DNA of 61,020 nucleotides, filler included, from Syncephalis fuscata S228 (GCA_025786725.1; 3 parts of 3 records of this genome joined end to end with filler, not necessarily neighbours in it); one strand, 5' to 3'. Shown: positions 14,302 through 27,986, counted from the first letter of the whole stretch. Notes: generated by a model not told the origin, from the letters alone. Numbers and translations are program-made.

Positions 14302-15156
14302 CTATAGAGCCCATGGTGTCGTTGAATCATCAGCTTCGTCATCATCATCATCAGAGGATGCATAAGATGTATTTGATGAAGCTAGTGCAGGCAAACCAAT
14401 AAGCGATGATGAAACAAAGGACGATGCCGAGGATGTTCCAGCGTTCATACGTGCACGTGTTTGCTGAATGATTAGTTCGAGCGATGGCACAGCAAGCGGT
14501 GAAATGGCTCCACGGCGCTTAAGTACGCTGGGTGGTACTTCGACATCAAGTGAAAGGCGTCGTTTACGCTGAAGACTAGGACGAGACGAGTTGTCGCCGT
14601 CATTCGTGGCCAAAATCGTTCCATTTTGATCGACAAATTCGCATTGCTTGCTGGGCGATAACGGTGCAGGAGCGGAGATGGCCCGTTGACGACGGGTATC
14701 CTGGAGGGACAAGGCCATGGCAGAGGATCGTGAGAGTAAAGCGGACTGGCTGATGGTCCCATGAGGGACCGTTGTTAATGAACTAGGTGTTGATGCGATT
14801 TCACTTCCGGAAGCACGATTACGTGGACGGCGACATGGAGCAATACGCCATAAAGGCTGCTGCTCATTTGCTAATGATACTTTTTGCGGCCGTGTGCTGG
14901 CAATGCTATTGGCATCTTGTTCCAATGCCATATCACATAGCCTGCCGGTTAGGCTGTCAATCGTGGTGGAAGCAGGAGCAGGAGCAGCGCTAACAAGATT
15001 GGTCGGACACTGCAGCTTGCCGGTCGATTGTTCCATTTGAGAAATAAGCTTGGAACAAACGTCGTTTTCTTGCTTGCTGGTATCAATTAAGCAGGCGAAT
15101 TCAAATTCACTTAGCCCGCAGTTCTTGACGCCGGCGCCAATAAAAACTGTACTCAT
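14302..15156 (-). CDS. Hypothetical Ser/Pro-rich protein (about 284 aa)
   Basis: Uninterrupted ORF from ATG 15156, more GC-rich than its flanks; basic RKRRLS and KRRGAIS motifs; no recognisable domain. Confidence 0.65.
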   Translation of the reverse strand: MSTVFIGAGVKNCGLSEFEFACLIDTSKQENDVCSKLISQMEQSTGKLQCPTNLVSAAPAPASTTIDSLTGRLCDMALEQDANSIASTRPQKVSLANEQQPLWRIAPCRRPRNRASGSEIASTPSSLTTVPHGTISQSALLSRSSAMALSLQDTRRQRAISAPAPLSPSKQCEFVDQNGTILATNDGDNSSRPSLQRKRRLSLDVEVPPSVLKRRGAISPLAVPSLELIIQQTRARMNAGTSSASSFVSSSLIGLPALASSNTSYASSDDDDDEADDSTTPWAL

Positions 15157-18100
15157 ATTCAAAGTGTGTTTGGTAATAGTAGGAGAGAAAGTATGTGCGT
15201 GTGCGTGCGTGCACAAAGTAAAGATAGAGTCAATAGGTAGTGTCTAGTGTAATAGCTAATAGCACAAAAAGCACTGTTTGATAGCAATAAAAGTCGTAGT
15301 AGGATAGATATCGTCGAGATGGTCTAAATCAATTGTAAATCAACGAGAAAAGATGGCCAAAAAATGTGGAGTAGCTAATCAAGTTTTAAAAACTGATCAA
15401 TGTTCCGCTTATGAAGGTATCAATGAAGTCTACAATAGCAGTATGATGAAAATAGGATCCTAAACGATGTATCAGCCCAGCGTGACAAAAGTACTGGAAT
15501 GACACAGCGGTTAACAAATTCGCGGCTACACGTGAGTACCTATGGATAATGGGGAAAGATGAGCGAGGCTTTGAAACATACTTGCTAAGAAAGGCAAGCG
15601 CCACGCCAAAAAGAAAACTTCTTTATTGCAGCCCCAGACTTACCTCTGCTGATAATGATCGATTCGTTTGCCACGACACTTCTGAGCTATAATTGGGGTG
15701 TATTCCTGCAACAAAGGATTAGCGAATTAACATCGGTTAAGCGAGAAGTTCAAGATAAGGTAACTGTGGAATAATGGCCATGTGGCCGATTAAGACTGGT
15801 AGGTAGAAAAGCACATTATACAGCAGTGCACATATCATAGCCAAAAATAACACCAAGCACGATAATTGCCAGTACAAGTGTATATAAAACTGCAAAATAA
15901 AAAATAAACGTTCTTCTTACCAAATATGAAATGTTATCAAACTAATAACAATAAACGGGAACAATAAACGACTAAGGTTGTATAAAACACTTTTATACAA
16001 GGCTAATACAATGAACGACAAACGGAGCAGCAATCAAGACGGTGGAATAGATTGCTGTCTAGATAACAAACTAAGGAGTAGATACACAAATAAAAAGATA
16101 AAACTGTTCAACAAAGAAAAACTTTTTACTGCTGTTGTCACTACTGTGACATGGACACGAGAGAAGAGTAGTAGTAGTGGTAGCAGCTAGGAGAGAAAAT
16201 GAAAAAAATAAGAAGGAGCAGTAGCAACAGTAGCACAGCAGCACAGCAGCAAAGCTTATAGGCAAGAGACGTTTGATGGGCGAGCCACGGTACAAGCAGG
16301 GGAAGCGGCCGACTTTTAACACCACATGCTTGTGTATGGCATCATGACCGCAACAACCTTTGACCGTCAACGTATGCATGATTCATGCATAGCAGGAGCT
16401 CACGTGCGTAGCATCCCTTTTCGAGTCTGCAATTGTCAAACGGGCAGTGTGTTCGTGCGTATCAACCAAAAATGTAACGAGTAGATAGTGGGCCATCCAA
16501 TTGATATATTTGGATAACGCCATAGAACAGAATGGTGCACGGCCAGGCTACATTGCGCCATTTTAGGAACGACAAAGAAGGGACGGCAAAGGTGAAGCGC
16601 TCAGCGTTACTTAACAAACGTGCAAGTAACTACCAATTCACTTGGCAAAGGGCCACGCAAGCAAGCTACAAAAATGCCCACAGTGGCATGCAAGTTGGAT
16701 GATACACAGATATTCACAACCAGCTACAACACTGACCATTGGTCAACGTAGCAGTGCAGTAGCGCATGGCAACGAAAAATAAATCATATTTTACAGCAGT
16801 CATCCATTTACATCGCATTGTCTGTGCATATCTGTGCTTTAGACAAAAAAAACTCTATGGCAAATAACGTAGGTATATAGTAGTGCAGAAATTCCATTAC
16901 AATAGAAATATGCAAGCAAATACACGCCTAGGCCCGGATAGTATCAATTAGTGTACCGCTTATCTTGGTTAAGAGGCTGGAAAACCGTGAAAAGCATGCG
17001 GTAACGCTAAACGAGAAATATATAGTACCCAACTTACCAAAAATAGAGAAATTGCCTTGAATCGGTTAAACTTTTCAAAAAGTAAAGCGTGTGTGTTATG
17101 AAAGTAGTAATAATCTAGAACAAATCGATAAAATAATTGCAGCTATAGCGTCGTCAAAAGGTTGTTAAAATGCAATAATCAATTCAGCGTTTGCGTTCCG
17201 GTCACCAATATTTATTGTGTAATGATGCTAGCTATCAGCAGCGTGCTGAGTAAGAAAAAATGGGCAGCTTGGTCCGACAGAGGCCTATGAAAGTAGCAAA
17301 ATGCATTAATAAATACATTTGTAACTTCTATGTGGACCCTGTACCTCGTGTATTTCGGTAATGCCACATGGATGCAAAATCTTTTGCAGTTGTGCAGATC
17401 ATTGTGCGCAAATCGCATCCTAGCCATAGCTATATACAAAGTATTTTCTAAAAATAGTTGATGGATAATTGTCATTGTTGAGGATCCCAAAGTGCACTTA
17501 CAGAAATACTTGGCATGGCATTGTTACCAAACCGATGATCGCAATGCAACCGCTGAAGTAGCGCTATGCGTCAATCTGAATGGTAACTAGTATGCTAAAA
17601 ACTAAGGGGCTGCATGGATGTAACAAAGCTTATCGCATAATTATGTAAAAATGTTTATAATTATATGGTATTTGTCAGAGATTGAATTTTGCCTGACCAA
17701 TTTCCCAGCACATATTCCAACCATCCGGTAAAGATTGATTATCAAGCTAGATAATTTAATAGCTTAAAAGCCGATCAATTCTGTTGCATGGATTGTATTA
17801 TAAGACACTATATATGCAATAATATTAACAGTATTTTTATTGTGTTTTGATATGTTTACAGCCACTATTACAACTATTATTATTACATTTGATAAATAGC
17901 CAATATTCAAGTTATTTATTAGTAAATAAAAATATTCTACAATCAAACTGCTTTTTATCCTATTACTAGGATCAAGCCATTATAGCCAAAAATAGAGACT
18001 TTATCGGTAGTACTAGTAATGGCAATAATACTTGTCATTGGATTGATATAGTTGTATATTTTGCCGTTGAATAATTGTGCTGTTTTAAATGAAACTTTAT

Positions 18101-18259
18101 CAAATTTCTACTATTAATTGATCGACATAAGCATTTAAAATAGTAGTTTATTTAAAATTTCTATTATGAATGCAGCCGTAAGATTGTTGCAATTAATAGG
18201 ATTAACAGGAGTGGAAATATCACACTAAAGACGCTTATAATACAGTAAATACCCCATCA

Positions 18260-21200
18260 TTATAATGAGTGAGCTGTGAATCGCCATGATCTAATAGTGG
18301 CATCGTCCTGCGTATTTTCTTCATTTTGTCGAGATGGCAGTCCTGTCGTTGCATTAACTACATGCCACCCTGTGCTATCTGAACTGCTAGAGGTTTTTGA
18401 GGATGTTTCATCAGTTCCACTGCTCTGGGAGAACATTTCTAGCTCAGAAAGAGATACGTATGCTTCAATTTCTGGCAATTGGTTCGTTGATGTCCACTGC
18501 GACAGATTACTTGACCCGCCTGACCGTCTTTGTAACGTATTTTGTGTCTGCTGTGCTGTTGTCGATATGATACGATCAAGTGCACCTTCCATCCATTCTT
18601 GCTCTGGAACAATGCGCACCATTTCCGTTAGATTAAAATTAGGCTGCTGTACATGGGCATCGAGTGATTCATTAACACGTCGAACGGCATCGGCAATACT
18701 TGGATGTACGAGTTTTGGATGCGCCGGCCCAGATGCACCTATTTCAATAATTTCTGACAAACTTGATGCTGTCAGCTCATCCTTTGCCGCATGTTTACCC
18801 TGGTAAGCATGTAGCATCGGCTCTGTAACGCCCGACAACTCGAGTACTCGGAGTACGTGTGGTTTTACTGCAACAAAATGCATTTCAAACCAGTGATTTG
18901 AATTCAACTGAGCGCCAGAATATTCATATAGCTCTTTGCGCAAGTCAAAAAGCATTTGAAGCCCGGATGCATCTATGTTATTAACTGAACGAAAATCAAA
19001 TATCATAGCTCGAAGAAATGGAAGATCCGAATCATAGTTTGTATTTGCATCGTCATCATCATCGGTAGACTCATAATTGTAATCAGTATCATTATTATCA
19101 GTGCGTGAAAACTGATTCTTGTGTGTTACATCCTCATTAGGCTGTGGATTGACATTGTTTTCAAAATGATTGTTAAGCTGATTTATACCACTGTTCTGAG
19201 AATACTGAGCAGAATGGCGGCGTTCGTCAGTAAAGTCTATTACAACATCATCATTTGTATGTCTATTATAAGGCGTAGAAGCCCGAACATGTTCGCTGTT
19301 GGTGATTGTTCTCTCTCCATTAGAAGCAGGATTTGCTTGCTCATTGCTACTCTGCCGGTCCGACTGGCCCAAATTGTTAAGATTTCTTTGTGTTTCAGTC
19401 GTATTTGTTGAATCAGCTGAGGGAGAATCTGTTTCACAGCTACGCTCTTCGACTGTTTCTAGCACGGTTGGATACATCGATCGACTGGCTACAGGGTAGT
19501 GCTGCGAATAATTTGGATTAAACTGCTGTCTTGGAAGCGGTTGTTCAGGCAATTCGGGAAGATAGTCCATGGCATTGTCCTCGTCGTCGGTAGAAAGCAT
19601 ATCACCAGATGCATACCCGGAGTAGCTTTCTCCAGCGTTATAAGATGCTAAATACTCATCATGTTCCCTTTGTCGCTGCTGCTGGGACATTAGCTGCTTC
19701 TGCCGCATTTCGTATCTTTTTTCAGCCTTTATATTTAACCTTTTTTTCTTACGTCGTTCCCGTGCGTTATAATCAGTATTACCGCACCACGGCTGATCTT
19801 TACGGGGAAGAGGAGGAATAGTTGAGCGTGTCAGCTCAACAACAGTACTCATAATCTTCTCTCGAACATAGTAAGCATTTGGAAAAATTAGTGCTTCTTC
19901 CAAGCGAATAACAATAATGCCTGGCGGTGGCGGCTCAGTGTCGTAGCCAGGTAAGTCACGGTCAACAAAGTTACTTGGTGAATTTTTTAATCGTTCCATT
20001 ACAACAAAGTGGGGCCGAGCAATCCTGTGTAGCATAATAATCAATGACAGTCCTACAGCTGCTAGAATTCCCGTCTATATTAACGCCAAACATTAATATA
20101 AAATAAAATAAACTGTATATTCTCTGGCATACCGCTACATTAGTTGCCACAGTAAGAACAAGCGCTAATAATGCTGATACCATATCCCATGCTAGAACAA
20201 GTTACCATTAGTTAAATACAAATATACATATTAATGCGATTGTTATGCAAATATCTGGTATTACTTACGTTGAACACGCCATAGTTGTCGTAAAGTTCGT
20301 GGGCCCACAATAAGCCCCGATACACTCACAATGATAATTGTAGCCAAACAAGCATCTGGTATATAATAGAATGCTGGTGGAAGAAATAGAAGTGCGCAAA
20401 GTACAATAATACCGCAGAAAAGACTTGTAAATGGCGAACGGGCTCCTGCTTGAGAATTAACTAACGATCGCGAAAACGTACCCATGTTGGGATATGCGCG
20501 AAAAAAAGAACCAACAATATTAATAACACCAAGAGCAAATAGCTCTTGGTTGGTGTCGGTTTTGTATTTCTTAAGCCGTGCTGTGTAGATGTCGGTCTAA
20601 TTATTAGCTAGCGATTAAACGAAACAAATAGAATACTTACACATTCCCTTAGCAATTGTAACAGTCTCGGGAACAGAAAGCAGCGCAATCATTGGTACTG
20701 TTATGGCAAGTTTTGATAGTAGTTTTAGCGAAAGATTTGGCAACACTGGATCGGGAAATCCGTGTGGTACACGGCGCAAAATACCAAAAGGACTGGGCAC
20801 ATCAGGTAATAGTCGATTTACTACAACAGAGATTGAAGTGATCACTATAACTACAACAGGAATTTTTACCGTGCCTAGAAAATCAAAAAATGCCCAGCGT
20901 TTACCTAGGCGGCTCTTTAGCCAAATCAGTATTAGAATAACTGCTATTGTAGCGGCAGATATTGCAAGATCGGGCCAATTGAAGTGTGTCAGCCGTCCTA
21001 ACATGTTAATAAAGACGCGGTAGCCTGGTAAATTACTGCTAACGCCTTTGATTCCTAAGGCAGTGGGCAGTTGAGCAATTAAGATGTTTAGCGATACGCC
21101 AGATGTAAATCCAACAACCACTGGATTGGAAATAAAGTCAAAAAGTATACCTAGCTTCAATAGGCCAATTAACATGATTAAAATGCCTGATAAAAATGAT

Positions 21201-21595
21201 AACGTGCTTGCTACAATGGCCATTTCAGCCGTAGTAGCAGTCACGCCACTTTCTGCAGCCACCTGTCGTATGACCATGCCGGTCTGCAATGCCAGGACGG
21301 CCGAAGGACCAATATTCATATCTTTACATGTGCCGAAAAATACATAAGGAATTGCGCCGAAAAACGCCGTATAAAGGCCAAACTCCATCGGAAGCGAGCC
21401 AACCTTAGCGTAAGCAAGTCCTTGCGGCACAACCATAATGCCCACCGTTAGCCCGGAAACAATGTCGCCTAGAATCCAGTGACGATTGTAGCGAGGCAGC
21501 CAACGAACAATAGGAACTCGGTCTGCAAGCCAGCTGGGGATTCGGCGCGCTTGCCGACGTAGCACGCCGAGCACGTTATTAAATTCCACCGTCAT
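18260..21595 (-). CDS. SLC26/SulP sulfate-anion permease with STAS domain
   Basis: GDIVSGLTVGIMVVPQGLAYA, GLYTAF, IGPSAV, FISNPVVVGFTSG, DTNQELFALG, FSRSLVNSQAGARSP, IRLEEALIFPNA, IFDFRSVNNIDASG. Confidence 0.93.
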
Positions 21596-22287
21596 TATAG
21601 AGGCCGATAATAAGGCCACTAGCTAAATTTACTAGTCCAGTAGTAATAGACGAACAATAGAACAAGACGAGAATAAACAATAAAAATGACTATAATTATG
21701 CAATGGTCGTACTTTTAGCAAGTTGTATCGAATGAAACTGCGCTTAATTACAATAATTCTGCCAAAAATACTATACGCGGTTTGCTCATACGTCAGCGTG
21801 GCTCCTTTTTAACTAGAAAATGCGTAGTTGCATCGGAGATATTAGCCATGGAGAATAGCACAGACGCGGCATCAATGGCTCTGCACCATGTGCTAAGGAG
21901 TCGACGTTTTATTATCTGGTATAAAAATTGGATTCTACTGAGATTAGATAGATATGAAGGGGCAATTTTAATGATGCTATTACGTAGGCTTGTATTGGGG
22001 GAACTCAAAAGGAGCATGTAAATTTATTACAAGGGGTTTACTTTGCTATTAATTCTTAGAACACGCTAATAGCAATAGCTTGAAAGCAAGCATAGATTTA
22101 TTTGAATATAGTAGTTATAAAGTAACCAGTGATGTTTGCAAAGCGTGTAAAATTATAAAAATGTTGCAAAAGAATTAAATGCTAAAAAGCTGGCGTTATG
22201 GAACCAAATAGTGCAGTATTGCTAGATTAAGATCGATAGTATGCAAATAAATGTTACTTAAAAGGTTAGTAATATGCTAATTCATAT

Positions 22288-22725
22288 TTACGGTAAACAA
22301 TCTGTACTACTACGTACAAATTGTAAATCATCTGAAAAAGAGGAAGATAGCGAGACTTTATCATCATCGTAATCATCGTCATCATCATTATCATCAAGTA
22401 TGGATGCTATTTCATCATCAGTATCTGGCAGAACCACGTGATCCTTCGATGCTTGTAACACTTGCATCGACCATTCTGTCAACATTGAATTAAAGTTTTG
22501 TGTTGCCATTAATGTCACGCCATTTTCACAAGGCGTATCTCCTTGATGCAGCGTTACAACCGGCTCAATAAGTGGATTAGTCTGCTCAGTGAATAGATTG
22601 ACATCTTCGGCATGAAAATCCTGCACAAATAACTCTTGACTTGATGTTGAATTACCAGTAATACTAGGTGTTTTAAGATTCTTTAGATCTTGACGAAATT
22701 GATGTAATTCACAAAGACGACACAT
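22288..22725 (-). CDS. Hypothetical acidic protein with N-terminal CxxC
   Basis: ORF from ATG 22725 (MCRLCELHQFRQDLK...), acidic C-terminus; no recognisable domain. Confidence 0.5.
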   Translation of the reverse strand: MCRLCELHQFRQDLKNLKTPSITGNSTSSQELFVQDFHAEDVNLFTEQTNPLIEPVVTLHQGDTPCENGVTLMATQNFNSMLTEWSMQVLQASKDHVVLPDTDDEIASILDDNDDDDDYDDDKVSLSSSFSDDLQFVRSSTDCLP

Positions 22726-23182
22726 TGGAATAGTTCTATTTAACAATCGCCGATAATGGAAGACGTAGCGCACAACGCCACTACTATTACTTTTAACGAC
22801 AATAGTCACAGCAATAGTTGTACTAATGTTAATAAAGGTGGAACAGACTCTATAAGTTGAATACAATGCCAGTGAATGGCCTATACAGCGCGAGAAGAGA
22901 GTGATTAAAGGATGATAAGGCGAGTTACGTCATATTTATTGTAAATATAATACGAAGATCGCGCGGTATTTAAGCAGCAATTAGTATTATAAAAAAGGTT
23001 GCCGTGGATGCATTGTTGTGTCTGTGCTGGCAAGGAGAGCGCTATTAATGCAATATATTTGTGTGGAAACGGTAGACAAAGCAACCTGCCATCCAAACTA
23101 TAACGAGTCATTGACAACATGATGTAAACAAATAGCACAAGATGTAAGTAAGTGAGAATAGAAATAACTGTTTATTCATAGA

Positions 23183-25465
23183 TTATAGGTCCTCGTTATC
23201 ATCTGATACTAGTTCTAAAATAGTCATTAGTAAAATGTTTGTATATTTATGTTGTTTATATTTATTCATTTATTCAGATAACTTACCCTCATCGCTGCCA
23301 TTATCATCTTGTGTTTTGCTAAAGTATTCACCGAAATCGTATGCTTCTTCATCCATTACCTCGTCGTCCATGGCCATGGAAGCTTCGTCATCACCAGGCA
23401 ACGAGGCCAGCAAAGCAGCCGATCGAGCAGCTTGTTTGCGTTGCTTCTTCGTTTGTTTCTTCAAAGCCAAATTACTTTGTGGGTTGATGCTTGCTTCAAA
23501 ACCAGCAAGTGCCGGTGCAGCAGTTGCTGTCTTTTCTGCCTTGGCCGCCTTCTTAGCAATAACCTAAATGGCAACAAAATATAAGTAATTTAAAAAACAG
23601 CTATTTTTAACATACATTATTACGAATCATGATAGCAGGTTCATTTGTATTTTCATCGTCACTATCTTCCATAGCATCATCTGTGTCAAGTTCGTCATCG
23701 TCATCGTCATCCATATCGTCATCGTCATCTTCATCACTGTATTCGTTTAATGCTATTAATAATCAAATAAATAAACAAACACATTAGCTATTTACCTGGC
23801 ATGAATCCAATCAATATCGTCATTGGCTTCAGTCAATTCAGTGGCAGCCTATAGTAGTCGATAGTTAGTGGTATGTGGTAACATGGCGGCCCACTACTTA
23901 CCATTGCAATACCAGCACCAGTGCCAGACTTGGTGGCAGCCAATATAGATTGATCCGATTCACCAGCAATTGTGCCAAAGTCAAATTCTTTACCCCAAGT
24001 AGCAACCAATTCACTACGCTGTATATGTTGTGTGGCAGGCGGCAGTGTGTAGAATGGAATCTTGCCATTGTTCCAATCTTGAAGTACAGAACGAGCAGCA
24101 GACTCTAGATCTGCCACGCCACCCTTCTTTAATTTACCGCGTTGTTGTGCTAATAGCACAAGGAATTCTTGTGTGGATTGGAACACAGGCAATCCATATA
24201 ACATCATTAATTGTTGACGGTCACATCGAGAAATGACAGTTTCAACAGGTGAAATTGGATCATCCAACAGTTCAAGCTTTACACAGTTACGCAACAATGT
24301 CTCAATACTATCTTTAGATGGATTTCGAGAAAATACAATGCCCGGACAGTCAATCAACTTGATATTCTTGTCAAGATGGATTTCTTGTAGCGATTTTGTT
24401 ACACCTGGTGTGGCACCCACAGTACAAACACGGGCACGTCGTAACGAGTTAATTACTGATGATTTGCCGACATTTGGAAAGCCAATAACACCGACAGTAA
24501 TGCTTGTTTTCAAATTGGCATTTCGGCTATAATTCTTCAATAATTTAACCAAATTATCAGCACCCAAGCTTTCGCTACGGTTCAATGCATTATCATTGGC
24601 CATATGAACTGCAACGTTGCTTTGGCCAAGATGTTGTCGCTGTGATTGTGTTGATGCCTTAAAGGCAATAGTTGGGAATTCGTTACGTAGATACTTGAGC
24701 CATTGCTCTACCGTTTCACGTGGTACTAAATCTAATAATAAAGCCAATCGATTAATTAATAAATAGTGGTATATCTAGATTTACTTACCAATTTTGTTGA
24801 GTACCAAAATGATACGCTTACGAGTGCCGCTGTCCATAATGTACTGCTCTACATGCTTGGCTCGACAACCCAATGGATCGCGTGCATCCAATACTTCAAG
24901 AATTACATCGGCTGCCTCTACTACTTTACGGAATTCACGATAATAGGCACGGCGTGAGTTATCCTTTGTAGTTATTGCCGACTCTTGCAAGTCGCGAACA
25001 CCATTAAGCCCAGCCTCGTCATTTTCACCGACAAATGCCTTTCCACGCTGTGCCGCCGATTTAGCCAAAGCTTGCAATGAGTTGCCTTGTTGCTTTTGTT
25101 GTAGACGCAACTTCTTAGCACGTGTCTTGTCTTTCTCGGCCTAAGTATTTATTATAGCGTTGTTAGTGTTAAGTAAATGACCCAGTCTTTTTTTTACTTA
25201 CTTGACGTTTAGTTTCTTCAATCTGGCTTAATAACTTCTCTTTATATGGCCATAGGTTGGGAATTCCCGGGTCCTTCTTAATCTTCTTTCCTCCGTTGCC
25301 ACTCTTCTTGGCTTCTTTACGCTGCTTGCGCTGAGCGTCACGGACTCGTTTCTCGATTTTGTATTTCTGTGAGCATGAAACACGCTTACTCTGACGCTCT
25401 AAAGTGTACTAGTTAATAACGATAAGCATAATAAAATGCCATAGACACATACTTTTAGGAACCAT
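23183..25465 (-). CDS. NUG1: Nucleolar circularly permuted GTPase (Nug1/GNL3/Grn1), 60S biogenesis
   Basis: MVPK|[19 protein letters not shown] (GN3L_Grn1-type N-terminus), [53 protein letters not shown]. Confidence 0.93.
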
Positions 25466-25746
25466 AGCTACCGGCAATATAGTCTACCAAGCAATTGACC
25501 AATAACAAGGATCTGAAGGAAAGGTGACAACAACTGTGACCAACAAAAAAATGAAAAAAAAAATAAAATCTACCAATTTAAATTCAAATAGAATTCGGTC
25601 AAACCGAACTCGGCCGACATTAAAGCATGCATGAGCCACATGATGCAAGCTAACTTGTATTCCACCTCTTTAACCTTTTGTTCATCTTCCGCTATACTTA
25701 TTTGTTTGTCAGTACACTTTGTTTATTATAATAGTACAATATTATA

Positions 25747-25971
25747 ATGAAATTTGCTATTTCCGTGCTCTGTGCTACTACTGTGGCTTTTATGGCCAGC
25801 GTAGTGACTGTAGACGCCAGAAGAGCTATGACTCGTCGTGATCACAACAGTATGATGTATGATATCTATGCGCAGAAGCCTTGGATACCAGTGAATAGAC
25901 CACCACCATCAACCCCATTAATACCACCACGACGATTGATAACACAATTTGGCGAAGGAATGGGCTATTAA
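25747..25971 (+). CDS. Small secreted Pro-rich peptide (74 aa)
   Basis: MKF + hydrophobic core + VDA cleavage site; ATAATG start context; divergent from NUG1. Confidence 0.6.
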   Translation: MKFAISVLCATTVAFMASVVTVDARRAMTRRDHNSMMYDIYAQKPWIPVNRPPPSTPLIPPRRLITQFGEGMGY

Positions 25972-26299
25972 TAAGCCATTAGATACTTGACTGGCTACTG
26001 TTTAATTCCATTCAATTGTATATACAACACACAAACTCAGCTGTATATTTGAGCTATGTTGAGACACTGTTATTTAATCATACAGCCGCTATGACATCAC
26101 TTTGCTGCTGGCTAATCTCTTTTATTCGAGCTCGTATACATATAAATATAACACCCTTTTCTATTATTAATCATTTTATTTTGATAAATTGCTTATAAAT
26201 TATTTTACCATATTTACATAGCTAACGTATTTAAAAACATTGCTCTTATAGCAAAGTGCTATTTTATCTGTATTTTTCTATTCTCTACAGTTCTTTACC

Positions 26300-27001
26300 A
26301 TGTGCTACAATCGTGTGACCATTTCAACGCTAAAGAGTGGTTTGCCGACCAACAAGACGACAAACAGCGTGTGCATTCGTGATGGTTGCAACTTTCCTTG
26401 CTACAAAGAAAAGCAGCATGGTCTTACTTACGCATACTGTAGTCACCGATGTGGCAAAATAGACGTGTCGTCTAAAGATCAATTTATTCTAACTTCCATA
26501 ACTGAAAACGATGTTGACTTCCACCAAGTCTGCTCTCAGCTAGAAAAAGAGATTAAAAACGTAAAGAATGGCAAGGCAGTTGTTTTTCGTATCTCGGTGT
26601 CTGCCAGTGCGCTACAAGAGTATCACCAGTATTTAGAGTCTTACGATTACACATCTTGCCGCAAAATTGTTCGGGTTGATAAGCGCTGTTATAAATCAGG
26701 AAAAAATATGATTTTTTTCAGAAAGTTGTTCATTGATATCAAAAAAAGTATATCTATATAACAATTTATATACTTTTTATTAAATTTGAATTCATAGTGT
26801 CGTTGCAACTTTTATCAAGCGATATCCAGTCTAATCCGGTAGATAAATGGCATACGGCTGTAGTATGTAACACATCATTACAGCAAATGAAAAGTCATGC
26901 CCTGACTATGGTAAGCTGCCTTATTAGGCTCTATTAAATAGCTTATATATCTGTATGTGCTATAGATATTGCCACGATTTCTCGTATACTATCACAAGTA
27001 A
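26300..27001 (+). CDS. Cys-motif + degenerate PARP/ADP-ribosyltransferase-like protein, 3 exons (26300-26747, 26798-26910, 26966-27001)
   Basis: GT-AG introns keep the frame; C-x4-C...YCSHRC N-terminal motif; DFHQVCSQL...VFRI...EYHQY; ends ILPRFLVYYHK*, resembling the final PARP-fold strand. Confidence 0.55.
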
Positions 27002-27286
27002 TCACATATCAGATGATAGATCATTGCATTAGCATTATTATTGCAGATTTATTACTTAGTTGCATAACAACACTCGAATAAACATTTGCTTATTCAATTT
27101 ATAATACTCGAATGTTTTAATTGCCCAGCCTTTAATCTTACTAGGATGGTAAGATCATTATCAGATATCGTTCATCTGTTTACGATGATCTAAAATTATC
27201 TGTCACTATCAGTAACATAAACTCCATAAACTGACCAAATTATTTGTGTTTTTATTTCATACTTTTTTCCTTCTACTTGCTCGACC

Positions 27287-27986
27287 ATGTTGGCCAATCG
27301 AGCCTTAAAAATTGTTGCAATTCGCAGTCAATGCGTACGGTCGGTAAGTATAGCATAGCAGATATTTGCAATAATAGTAAGCAAGTATTAAAAGAAACAT
27401 GCTTTTTTGTAGGTAGCTGTTACTCGACGTGCTCTAGCATCGGCAAGTACTTCAAACACGTCACACGCGGTAAGTTGCCTGCACTGCATAGAATATAAGC
27501 AATAAATCTAACACAGCTAGGACGGCATGCAATCTATAGGCTACAACGACACCTGCACCTAAATCTACAACAGCCGTTCCCAAGAACCTACAAAGCCACA
27601 CGAAATACCTTCTCAATGTGTATGCACGTCCTTCTTTCGTTGTCAACCGCGGCGAACGCTGCTACCTTTACGAAGATACTGGCAGACGTTACCTTGACTT
27701 TACGGCCGGTATTGCCGTCAATGCACTTGGTCATGCCGATCCACAAGTAGCAGCCGTTGCTGCTGAGCAAGCTCGCGAGCTTGTACACACTTCTAACCTA
27801 TACCATCACCCCTACTCTGGCGAGTTTGCCGAGTTGTTGATCGAATCTAGCAATGCAGTGCGTTCTGGTACTTTTAGTAAAGTATTCTTCTCCAATAGCG
27901 GCACAGAGGCCAACGAAGCGGCCTTTAAACTGGCCCGCAAGTGGGGCAAATTGCACAAGAACAAATCGGGCGATAAAGGCAAGACG
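27287..27986 (+). CDS. ARG8: Acetylornithine aminotransferase (mitochondrial), truncated by contig end
   Basis: Arg-rich presequence; YARP, GRRYLDFTAGIAVNALGH, HTSNLY, VFFSNSGTEANEAAFKLARK. Confidence 0.9.
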
